This document shows, in pieces, positions 46,548 through 54,675 of a DNA stretch of 64,000 nucleotides (position 1 is its first letter; every line of letters begins with the position of its first letter). Both the position numbers and the translations under genes were made by a program. The DNA comes from Terriglobales bacterium (GTDB lineage: Bacteria; Acidobacteriota; Terriglobia; Terriglobales; SCQP01), in contig JBOGKW010000001.1 in assembly GCA_050746205.1 (NCBI GenBank), positions 203 to 64,202 of the forward strand, read 5' to 3'. The notes under the pieces were generated by a model that saw only the letters and a program-made list of their open reading frames with translations, did no database searches and was not told the origin of the DNA.

Positions 46548-47123
46548 ATGTGGCCGGAGCAGTGCCATTTCTGGGGGTTTGGGATGCGGAGGGGCAGGTT
46601 CAAGAATCTGGCGGAAGCGAACGAGGCGAATCTTCTTTACATGCGCGCCGAGGAGGCGTGGCGCGGGAATGACGTGCGTTCGGCCTTCCGACTCTTTCTG
46701 GCTTCCGCGAAGGCCGGCGTGGTGCCCGCTTTCCGGATTGTCGGCCAGTTCTACGCCAGGGGCGAGGGCATTGCAAGGAACGACAGGGCTGCACTCTATT
46801 GGTATCAACGGGCCGCCGATAACGGCGACGACTCGGCGGCAAATAACACCGGGTGTATCTGGCGGGATCGCGGCAATCTGGCGCGTGCGCTCCGGTGGTT
46901 CGAGCGGGCCGCGAAGCTGGGCGACGCGGACGCTAATTTGGAGATTGCCAAGGTCTACCTCCGCAAAAAGGATCCGGCGCGGGCGTGGCCGTATCTGGCC
47001 AGGGTGCGCAGGTCAGCTTGGGCCACCGAGCAATCGAAGGAGGAGGCGCGGGCCCTGGTAAATGCCATGGCCCAACCGCAGGCCACGCGGCCTCGCGCAT
47101 CTGGGCGGGCGAGGCGTGGCTGA
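46548..47123 (+). CDS. Sel1-like repeat protein
   Basis: Repeats include FRIVGQFYARGEGIARNDRAALYWYQRAADNGDDSA, ANNTGCIWRDRGNLARALRWFERAAKLGDADA and NLEIAKVYL. The start is uncertain (46548 or 46584). Confidence 0.8.
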   Translation: MWPEQCHFWGFGMRRGRFKNLAEANEANLLYMRAEEAWRGNDVRSAFRLFLASAKAGVVPAFRIVGQFYARGEGIARNDRAALYWYQRAADNGDDSAANNTGCIWRDRGNLARALRWFERAAKLGDADANLEIAKVYLRKKDPARAWPYLARVRRSAWATEQSKEEARALVNAMAQPQATRPRASGRARRG

Positions 47124-47217
47124 CCCTCCCCCGCCACGGCCAGAGCCGCCAGAGACCGGCTGGCGCCGTCCCGCGGGCATGCGGCAACCCTCGTGCAGCG
47201 AAACCAGTGACCTGTAG

Positions 47218-47244
47218 TGGCGGGCGCGGGAGGCTCGAACCCCA
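47218..47244 (-). other. Isolated tRNA 3'-end-like fragment (T-arm plus acceptor strand), not a complete tRNA
   Basis: The minus strand reads TGGGG-TTCGAGC-CTCCC-GCGCCCG-CCA. That is a T-stem/T-loop (TTCGAGC)/T-stem, then a 7-nt acceptor strand. No matching 5' acceptor strand (CGGGCGC), D-arm or anticodon arm lies upstream. Confidence 0.35.
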
Positions 47245-47278
47245 GGCTTCTACTGTGTCAAGGCGGCCGGCTCGGCGG

Positions 47279-47623
47279 TTAGGCGAAGCTCTTGATGGCT
47301 TCGGCTTCGCTGGAGTACACGTCGAAGACGGTCAGCAGCTTGGTGATCTGGAGCAGCTCGTGAAAGCGCTTGGTGATGTTGGCCAGGCGGATCTTGGCAC
47401 CCTGCGCCTGCGCGGTGCTGTGCAAGCCGACCAGCGCGCCCAGGCCGCTGCTGTCGATAAAGTCCACCGACGCGAGGTTGAGGACGATTTTTTTGGCGCC
47501 GGAGGCCAGCAGTTCCTTCATGCGCTCGCGCAGGATGTTGGTTTCCTCGCCCAGGACGATGCGCCCGGCTGCTTCGACGACGGTGATGCCTTGTTCGTCG
47601 CGTTTGGTCAACTTTAGAGCCAC
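47279..47623 (-). CDS. STAS-domain anti-sigma-factor antagonist (SpoIIAA-like)
   Basis: 114 aa with ...KKIVLNLASVDFIDSSGLGALVGLH.... The GTG start is preceded by AAGGGAGA. Confidence 0.9.
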   Translation of the reverse strand: MALKLTKRDEQGITVVEAAGRIVLGEETNILRERMKELLASGAKKIVLNLASVDFIDSSGLGALVGLHSTAQAQGAKIRLANITKRFHELLQITKLLTVFDVYSSEAEAIKSFA

Positions 47624-47735
47624 AGATTTCTCCCTTCCGTCTAAGCCGGACGGCCAGCGGGGTCAAACTCTGGAATTGTAATGGCTCCGGGGGCCATTTG
47701 CAACCTGACGGCAGGCGGGGGTACGATTGCGCCCA

Positions 47736-48509
47736 ATGACCGCCGGTTTGCTCCTGGTGCTGATGCTGGCGCCCCTGCCGAGGGCCGCCGCACCCAACCA
47801 GCGGGCGGCGTTTTTGATCGCCGTGCGCCAGGCGTGGGTGGGGCGGCTGATGTTGCTGCGGGGATTCCCCGGGCAGAACCGCCTGAGCTACGGACCCAGC
47901 GGGCGGCCGCTCACGGCGGAGGGCAGCGGACCCTGGACGCTGGCGGAGGTTCGGGTTGGGGCGGTGGGGTGGCAGGGGGCTGACCTGTTGGCGACGGGCG
48001 AGCGCGACGGCCTGTTGGCGCGTGAGCACGCGTTCGTCCCGGTGAACTTGGGCGAGCCGGTCGAGTTGGTCATCCAGCTCGGGGCGGATGCACTCGATGT
48101 GGCCACGGTGAAGGAACTGACGGGTGAGATCTTCGTGGGAATGGAGGAGCTGCCGAAGGTGGTGCCCGTCTACTGGCGGCAGTTTGCCCACGGGACGGTA
48201 CCGCCGCCGCCCGGGCCAGTGAGCAGTTTGCGCGGAGCGGGGATTGAGCCGCCGGCGGCCCTGGCGACGCCGAAGCCGGCGTATCCGCCGGCGGCCAAGC
48301 GCGCGCGGCTGACCGGTAAGGTTGTACTCTCGATCTTCGTTGGGCCGGACGGACGGGCGCACGGCATCCAGATCGTGCAGGCGCTGGGGCTAGGGCTCGA
48401 TGACGCCGCCGTGCAGGCGGTAAGGCGCTGGCGCTTCCAGCCCGCGACGGTGGCGGGCCAGGCGGTTTGGGTGCGGGCGAATATTCGGGTCAACTTCCGC
48501 CTCTATTAG
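47736..48509 (+). CDS. TonB C-terminal-domain protein
   Basis: The C-terminus PKPAYPPAAKRARLTGKVVLSIFVGPDGRAHGIQIVQALGLGLDDAAVQAVRRWRFQPA is a TonB_C fold. There is an N-terminal signal or anchor. Confidence 0.8.
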   Translation: MTAGLLLVLMLAPLPRAAAPNQRAAFLIAVRQAWVGRLMLLRGFPGQNRLSYGPSGRPLTAEGSGPWTLAEVRVGAVGWQGADLLATGERDGLLAREHAFVPVNLGEPVELVIQLGADALDVATVKELTGEIFVGMEELPKVVPVYWRQFAHGTVPPPPGPVSSLRGAGIEPPAALATPKPAYPPAAKRARLTGKVVLSIFVGPDGRAHGIQIVQALGLGLDDAAVQAVRRWRFQPATVAGQAVWVRANIRVNFRLY

Positions 48510-48541
48510 CGGGGGAGGATTCGTCGTACTCTGGCCTATCC

Positions 48542-49378
48542 ATGGCAAGCGAAGTGGCAAGCGAAGCCGAGTTGCGGGAACAGATTCTGGCCATTGGCCG
48601 GATGCTGCATCAGCGGGAATACGTCGCCGCCAGCGACGGCAACATCTCCGTGCGGATGGCGGACGGGCGCATTCTGGCCACGCCGACCTCGATGAGCAAG
48701 GGGTTCATGAGCGCCGAGGATCTGGTTATCACGGACGCCGAGGGGCGGAAGCTGGAGGGTCGGCGCAATGCCTCCAGCGAACTGGCCATGCATCTGCTGA
48801 TCTACCGGTTGCGGCCGGAGATAGGTGGCGTGGTGCACGCCCATCCCCCGGCGGCGACGGGATACGCGGCGGCGGGCCTGCCGCTGAACCAGGCGCTGAT
48901 CAGCGAGGTGGTGCTGGCGCTGGGGTGCGTTCCACTTGCCGCGTATGGAACGCCGGGGACGCCGGAGTTGGGGGATGCGCTGCGGCCGCTGGTGCCGCAT
49001 TACGATGCCCTGCTGATGGCCAACCATGGCGTAGTGACGTATGCCGAGGACGGGCTGCGGGCCTATTTCAAGATGGAGACGGTGGAGCATTTCGCCCGCA
49101 TCTCGCTGGTGGCGCAGCTGCTGGGGAAGCAGGTGCTGCTGGGCAGCCGGGAAGTGGAGAAGCTGATGTCGGCGCGGCGGAAGTATGAGGGCATCAGCAC
49201 CGCCGCCGAACCGGCGCCGGGGTGTCCGGTCACCGCTGACGGGCCGCAGCGCGACTCCGCCCCGGCCTGCGCCCGCCCGGGCGAAGGCGGCGCGGCGGCG
49301 GAGCGGTTCCTGGTGACGCGGGAGGAGCTGACCCGATTGGTGGAACAAGCGGCGCGGAGCGGCAAGCGCCGCTGGTGA
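48542..49378 (+). CDS. Class II aldolase/adducin-family protein
   Basis: ...ASDGNISVR...SSELAMHLLIYRLRPEIGGVVHAHPPAATGYA...MANHGVVTY.... The ATG at 48542 gives MASEVASEAELREQ. Confidence 0.85.
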   Translation: MASEVASEAELREQILAIGRMLHQREYVAASDGNISVRMADGRILATPTSMSKGFMSAEDLVITDAEGRKLEGRRNASSELAMHLLIYRLRPEIGGVVHAHPPAATGYAAAGLPLNQALISEVVLALGCVPLAAYGTPGTPELGDALRPLVPHYDALLMANHGVVTYAEDGLRAYFKMETVEHFARISLVAQLLGKQVLLGSREVEKLMSARRKYEGISTAAEPAPGCPVTADGPQRDSAPACARPGEGGAAAERFLVTREELTRLVEQAARSGKRRW

Positions 49379-49428
49379 GCGCGTCGCCGCCCCGGAAGGC
49401 GACGGTACGCAAGGGCGGCAGGTGTTCT

Positions 49429-49523
49429 TGCTGCCGTAAGGCAGCCGTCTCGGTCGCCGGCAGGGAAACGGCTTCGTCGGAGATAGACAGGCGAGGACGC
49501 CTGTCCTACGGCAGACAGGGCCG
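49429..49523 (-). repeat. Intergenic array of GC-rich hairpin modules (REP-like), copy B, inverted relative to copy A
   Basis: The reverse complement contains an exact 20-mer ACAGGCGTCCTCGCCTGTCT shared with 43439-43458. It also has CCGAGACGGCTGCCTTACGGCAGCA (24 of 26 positions match copy A) and TCCGACGAAGCCGTTTC. Confidence 0.55.
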
Positions 49524-49541
49524 GCGGAGCCCGCGCTCGCT

Positions 49542-52532
49542 CTACTTGACCACCAGCGTCAGCGGCAGCGAGTGCACCAGCGCGCCGGCGGTGGCGGTAA
49601 TGGTGAGCGTGGTGGTTCCGGGCGGGGTGCTGGGCAGCGCCGGGGGATCGGCGGGGCGGCCGCCGCAAGCTGCTAGGGCCAAGGCCAGCGCCGCCAGCGC
49701 CAGCGCCCCGCCAAGGCGAGTGGCCCAGCGGCGCCGGCGGCTGATGGCGGCCAAGCCCAGCGAGAGCAGGCACGCGCACAACAGCCAAAGCAGGGACCGG
49801 GGCGGCTCACCCGATGGCCCCGGCGGCAGCGCGGCAGTGAGCCCAGGCGGGGTGGTCATGACCGAGACGGTGGTGGTTTGGCTGGCGCCGTTGAGGGTGA
49901 CCGTGGGCGGGGAGATGACGCAGGTGGCGGCTTTGGGGGCACCGCCGCAGCTGAGCCCGATGCTGCCGGTCCAGCCGTTGCTCGGAGCCAAATTGAGGGC
50001 ATAACTGGCGGTTTGGCCCGGGCTGACGCTGGCCGTCGGGCTGGCGGCGGCAAGGGAGAAGTCCGCGATGGCGATGGTGAGCGCGAGGGAATGGCTGTCG
50101 CCGCCGCTGCCGGCGAGGACGGTGATGGGCGCCTGACTGGCAGAAATCTGCGCGATGCCGCTGACGGTGAGCGTGGTATCGCCGCCGGCGCTGACCGAGG
50201 CGGGAGCGAAACCGCAGGCGAGCGGTGGCGCGGCCTGACAAGTAAAATTGATGGTCCCGCTGAAGCCGGCGATGCCGGCAGTGGCCAACTGGAACTGCGA
50301 CGCATTCGCGCCGCGGGTGACGGTCGTTTGGGGATGGGCCGCAAGGACGGAGAAATCCCAGGCGGTGGCGGTGAGGGTGGCCGAAGCGGTGGCGCCGTCG
50401 CTGGCGCTGCCGGTCACCGTGGCGGCGGTGACGGTTCCCGCCGGCAGGCTCGAGAGCGTGGCGGTGGCGGTCTGTCCCGGGGTGACGCTGGCGGGGCTCA
50501 GTTGGCAATTGGCCCCGCCGGGCGGCTGGCAGCTCAAGCTAATCAGACCGCTGAACCCGCCTTGCGCCGCCGCCGCGAGCGGAAACGCCGCGGATTGGCC
50601 GGCCATGACCGAGAGCGAGCCGGGCGTTGCCGCCAGGGTGAACCCCTGCGCGGTGATGGTCACGGTCGCGGTTTGGGTCACCGGGCCCTGCTGCGCGGCG
50701 ATGACGATGGTGTTGGCGCCGGCGGCCAGCGCCGCAGCGGCCACGGTGAGCGTAGCCGCGCCGCCGGGCGAGACCGAGGCCGGGGCGAACGAGCAGCCGG
50801 CGGCGGGAGCGCTGCAGGACAAGGCGATGGGGCCGGCCACACCGGTGGTGGCGACCTGGATGGTCGCGGGTTGGCCGAGGGCAACATCGCTATTCTGAGC
50901 GGAGGCGGTGACGGTGAACTGGCCGGGCAACAGGCCGTAGATGTCTAATTCTCCGCCGGCGGGCACGAACACTTCCCCGTCGGCGATGGCGGGAGCCACG
51001 AACTTCACCGCCGGCCCGGCCTGATCGCGGGCGCTATCCTGAGTGCTGTTATAGAGTTCCTGCAGGCTGCCGGCATCATAGGCGTGCAGCACCTCCGGTC
51101 CGCCGCTGGCCCAGGCTTGGGCTTCAATGAGCCACACGATGCCGTCGCTATTGCCGTTGGCGGAGATCATCGGCACGCCAGCGGGAAAGTCGAACCAGGT
51201 GCTGGAGGTGGCGACGGGGGCGGCGCTCAACAGATCGTCGTTGACGGCAAAGGCCTGCAGCGGACCGCCGAGACCACTGTCGCCACCGGTGCCGACCTGA
51301 TACCATTCGCCGTTCCAATAGGCGGGCGTGCCGAAGACTCCGGCGCTGGCGCCGGCTTCCTCTTCCGGGATCTGGGTGTCCGGCCCGGGGCCCTCAACGT
51401 AGCCGCCGAGGTCATTGGGGTTAAGGACATAGAGATCGCCCGCTTTGTTGCCGGCGACCGCCACGCCGGCGGGCTGGCTGGAGGAGGGGGGCAACAGGAC
51501 CACGCCTTGGGAAGAAAGGTCGGCGTTGGTGGCGGAGAGTTGGTTGACATCCCAGGGCGCGAAGTAATCGCTGGCAACGAGTTGGCCGTCGCTGTTCGCC
51601 AGCCGGATGATGCTTTCGCCCAGGTCACCGGTGCTGGGAGAGAAGCCGAGATTGCCGCTGGCGACATAGACATTGCCGCTGGCGTCGGCGGCCGGCGCGC
51701 CGCCCCACAGGCCGCCGCCTTCGCCGTTGGGCGTGGCGACATAGGTGGCCGCCGGCTGCAAGGTGGCGGCGTTGAAGGCCATCAGCCAGCCGTGATACGG
51801 CTGATAGTCGCAGTGCGAGCCCCAGGCCACGTAGACCAAGCCTTGGGAAAGGAGCAGGCCGGGGCGCTGCAGTGCGGTCAGGGGATTGAAGCTCAGTTGG
51901 CCATTGGCGGAGCCCACACCGGTGCCGGGGACGGTGGCGGAGATGACCGCCGGGCCGCCGAACTTCTCCGCGCCCGTGGCCACGGCCAGAGCGTGCAGGC
52001 GCTGCACGGGCTGGCCGTTCTCCATGGTCGCGGCGACCACGTAGAGGGTGCCGGTGGAGGTGTCAATGACCGGCGTGCCGGTGATGCCGATCAGCGGCTG
52101 GAGGTCTTGGCAATGGGCTTCGTTGGAGGTCTGGGTCAAAATGCCCTGGCTGGGGTCGGTGAAATGGTCCACCCACACAGGCGTGGCCCCTTGGCCGTTG
52201 CTGGCCCCTTGCGCGTCGAAGGCGTAGACGCTGTCGTTTTCCGTGACCACGAAGACCAAGTTGCGGGTTTGCCCGGCGGGCAACGTCACATTGGGCAGAT
52301 AGAGCGGCTGGGCATAGATGTCCGCATCCACCGGCGCGCGGAGCAACAGGCCAAACTGCTGGCTGTTGACATTGGCCGGCGTCAGCTGCGTTTCCGCGGT
52401 GTTGGCGCCGGTGCGGGCGTTGTTGTTGTGGTAGGTCCAGACGGTGGTCTGCGCCGACAGGGCAAGGGCGAGGAGCAGGACCGCCGGCAGGCTGCGGAGG
52501 ACGGCGGTGAGAGCACGGCAACACAAGCGCAT
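49542..52532 (-). CDS. Large surface protein: PQQ-like beta-propeller plus four Ig-like repeats, the last one interrupted by a TM hairpin
   Basis: The ATG at 52532 gives the signal peptide MRLCCRALTAVLRSLPAVLLLALALSAQ. Next come a propeller region (TVWTYHNNNARTGAN...VFVVTENDSVYAFDA...) and four ~95-aa repeats that start F(T/S)(V/L)xA. The C-terminal segment has two hydrophobic helices. Confidence 0.8.
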   Translation of the reverse strand: MRLCCRALTAVLRSLPAVLLLALALSAQTTVWTYHNNNARTGANTAETQLTPANVNSQQFGLLLRAPVDADIYAQPLYLPNVTLPAGQTRNLVFVVTENDSVYAFDAQGASNGQGATPVWVDHFTDPSQGILTQTSNEAHCQDLQPLIGITGTPVIDTSTGTLYVVAATMENGQPVQRLHALAVATGAEKFGGPAVISATVPGTGVGSANGQLSFNPLTALQRPGLLLSQGLVYVAWGSHCDYQPYHGWLMAFNAATLQPAATYVATPNGEGGGLWGGAPAADASGNVYVASGNLGFSPSTGDLGESIIRLANSDGQLVASDYFAPWDVNQLSATNADLSSQGVVLLPPSSSQPAGVAVAGNKAGDLYVLNPNDLGGYVEGPGPDTQIPEEEAGASAGVFGTPAYWNGEWYQVGTGGDSGLGGPLQAFAVNDDLLSAAPVATSSTWFDFPAGVPMISANGNSDGIVWLIEAQAWASGGPEVLHAYDAGSLQELYNSTQDSARDQAGPAVKFVAPAIADGEVFVPAGGELDIYGLLPGQFTVTASAQNSDVALGQPATIQVATTGVAGPIALSCSAPAAGCSFAPASVSPGGAATLTVAAAALAAGANTIVIAAQQGPVTQTATVTITAQGFTLAATPGSLSVMAGQSAAFPLAAAAQGGFSGLISLSCQPPGGANCQLSPASVTPGQTATATLSSLPAGTVTAATVTGSASDGATASATLTATAWDFSVLAAHPQTTVTRGANASQFQLATAGIAGFSGTINFTCQAAPPLACGFAPASVSAGGDTTLTVSGIAQISASQAPITVLAGSGGDSHSLALTIAIADFSLAAASPTASVSPGQTASYALNLAPSNGWTGSIGLSCGGAPKAATCVISPPTVTLNGASQTTTVSVMTTPPGLTAALPPGPSGEPPRSLLWLLCACLLSLGLAAISRRRRWATRLGGALALAALALALAACGGRPADPPALPSTPPGTTTLTITATAGALVHSLPLTLVVK

Positions 52533-52883
52533 GGTTTTGCGCGGGCGGGTCCCGCAACTCTGCGATGGCGGATCGGGACCGCACCGTTGCCCAGGGGCGC
52601 GGAACCCAGGCGGCCCACGCCCAATGCGGGCCACGATCGCAGCCCTGGCGGCAGACGTGCCCGGGCTAGTCGCGGCAACCTGGAGGGGTCCCGAGCACCA
52701 GCCGGCGTCGGTTGTCGGCTGTCCCACCTCCACATGCGCCGCTGCATGCCGGGGACCGCTTCGAAGCCCAGCCGCAGGCCCGGCTGGCGCCGGGGTCCCC
52801 AGCGGGAACGGTGCGTGCTTGTGTGGAGCGGTGCGGCGTGGGGTGGGGCGACGGGGCCGTCTAGGATCGGGCGGCTGAGCCGC

Positions 52884-53711
52884 CTAGAGGTCTCGCTGGC
52901 TGAAATGGCGTAGCGCGAGCGCCAGCGCCACCAGCAGATAGGCGACAGCGTACAGCACCATCGCGCCGCTGGGCACCGAGGCGGTGGCAAATGGCGTAAA
53001 GCGCAGCGCGCCCGGCAGCGGCGAGCGGAGCGCGAAACTGGCGCGGCGCCACAGGGCTTCACTGGGGCAGATCAAGCTAGTGATGATGCCCAACCGCACG
53101 GTGGCGGGATGGTGCAGGATGGCCCCAATTTGCTCGACCCAGCCGCCGATAAACGCCAGCCCGTACAGCCCCAGGGCCAGCACGCCGCTGGCCAGCGCCG
53201 AGCAAACGGTAGCAAACAGCAAGGTGACGGTCAGGAGTACGAGGGACTCCAACCAAATGAGCAGCGCGGCCACGGCCAGATGCGGCGCGTGATAGCCGCC
53301 CCGGCCCTGCGCGACGACGTACGCCGCGACGGCGCACATCACGCCGACATAGACGGCGAGCAAGGCGGCGAAGCCCAGCCATTTGCCCCACAACAATTGC
53401 CAGCGCGGCATGGGCTTGGTGGCCAGGGTTTGAATGGTGCCGCTGCCGATTTCGCCCGCCACGGTCTCCAAGGAGGCCACAATGGCCAGCAGGGCGGAGA
53501 GAAACGCCACGCCGTAAAGGGCGAGCTGAAAGAGGCCCGCCCAGATCTCCGCCCGAATGAGTGGCGACGGCGGGCGGCGGCCGCGGAATTGCAATGCCAC
53601 GCCGAGGGCAAAGACGCTGAGATAGCCCGCGCTAAGCAAAAGTACCGCTAGCAGCACCTTGCGGCGGGCCGCCTCGCGCCAGGTAATAGCGGCGATGAGC
53701 GCGACTCTCAT
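52884..53711 (-). CDS. ABC-2-type transporter permease
   Basis: The ATG at 53711 gives MRVALIAAITWREAARRKVLLAVLLLSAGYL. The protein has six predicted TM segments and lies 19 nt downstream of the ATPase gene. Confidence 0.75.
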   Translation of the reverse strand: MRVALIAAITWREAARRKVLLAVLLLSAGYLSVFALGVALQFRGRRPPSPLIRAEIWAGLFQLALYGVAFLSALLAIVASLETVAGEIGSGTIQTLATKPMPRWQLLWGKWLGFAALLAVYVGVMCAVAAYVVAQGRGGYHAPHLAVAALLIWLESLVLLTVTLLFATVCSALASGVLALGLYGLAFIGGWVEQIGAILHHPATVRLGIITSLICPSEALWRRASFALRSPLPGALRFTPFATASVPSGAMVLYAVAYLLVALALALRHFSQRDL

Positions 53712-53730
53712 ACTGCCGCCGGACGGCGTC

Positions 53731-54654
53731 TCATGCTCCAGCCTCGCGGCCCACGATGGCCATAAACGCCTCCTCCAGCGTGGCGCGGCGCGGCGTGAAG
53801 GCGTAGAGGGCCGCGCCCTGGGTGACCAAATAATGGACGATGGCGGGCAGGTCGGCTTCGCGGCGCGCCTCCAGCTGCAGGTCTTCGCCGGTCCAGGCCA
53901 GCACCTGGGCCCAAGGTGCCAGGCCGGCGACGGTGTCGGCCCGCAGCCCGCGCGCCCGGGCCGCGACGGCGACGCCGGCCTCGGGCGCCTGCGGCGCGCC
54001 CGCGACCAAGGCACGCACCGCCCGCACCTCGCCATCGCGGAGAAAGGCGACGCGGTCGCAGGTGGTCTCGACCTCGCCCAATAGATGGGAGTTCAAGAAA
54101 ACCGCGGCGCCGCGCTGGCGCTGCTCACGCAGGATCTCGCGGACCAAAAGGCGGCCGCCGGGGTCCAGGCCGGACGTGGGCTCATCCAGAAAGACCAGTT
54201 CCGGATCATGCAGCAGGGCTTGCGCCAAGCCCAGCCGCTGGCGCATGCCCTTGGAAAATTCACCGAGCCGCTGCCGCGCCTGCGCCGCCAGCCCGACCCG
54301 GTCGAGCCAATGCGCCGCGCGGGCGCGGGCGGCGGGGCGGTCTAATCCGGCCAGGCGCGCGTGGAATTGCAGCAACTCCGCCGCAGTCAGCCATTCGTAA
54401 AAGCGGAAATGCTCGGGGAGAAAGCCAATGCGGGCGCGGCAGGCGACGTCGCCCAACGGGTGGCCCAGGACGGTGGCCGCGCCACCGGTGGGGCGCACCA
54501 AGCCCAGCAGCATCTTGACGGAGGTGCTTTTGCCGGCGCCATTGGGCCCGAGAAAGCCGAAGATCTCCCCGGGCGCGATCTCAAGCGTCAAGTTGGCGAC
54601 GGCCAGCTTGGGGCCGAAGAACTTGTACAGCCCGGCGGCCTGGATGACGGCCAT
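53731..54654 (-). CDS. ABC transporter ATP-binding protein (ABC-2/DrrA type)
   Basis: Walker A GPNGAGKST, the signature region FSKGMRQRLGLAQAL and Walker B LVFLDEPTSGLD. Confidence 0.95.
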   Translation of the reverse strand: MAVIQAAGLYKFFGPKLAVANLTLEIAPGEIFGFLGPNGAGKSTSVKMLLGLVRPTGGAATVLGHPLGDVACRARIGFLPEHFRFYEWLTAAELLQFHARLAGLDRPAARARAAHWLDRVGLAAQARQRLGEFSKGMRQRLGLAQALLHDPELVFLDEPTSGLDPGGRLLVREILREQRQRGAAVFLNSHLLGEVETTCDRVAFLRDGEVRAVRALVAGAPQAPEAGVAVAARARGLRADTVAGLAPWAQVLAWTGEDLQLEARREADLPAIVHYLVTQGAALYAFTPRRATLEEAFMAIVGREAGA

Positions 54655-54675
54655 GCCGCATGGTACTCCGGGCGG

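Noticed and set aside
51084-52913. 609-aa plus-strand ORF opposite the propeller/Ig surface protein gene (similar cases: 49878..50948 and 41063..42136)
   Set aside because: These are antisense or alternative-frame shadow ORFs with G/R/A-rich low-complexity translations. The partner-strand genes have clear domain structure.
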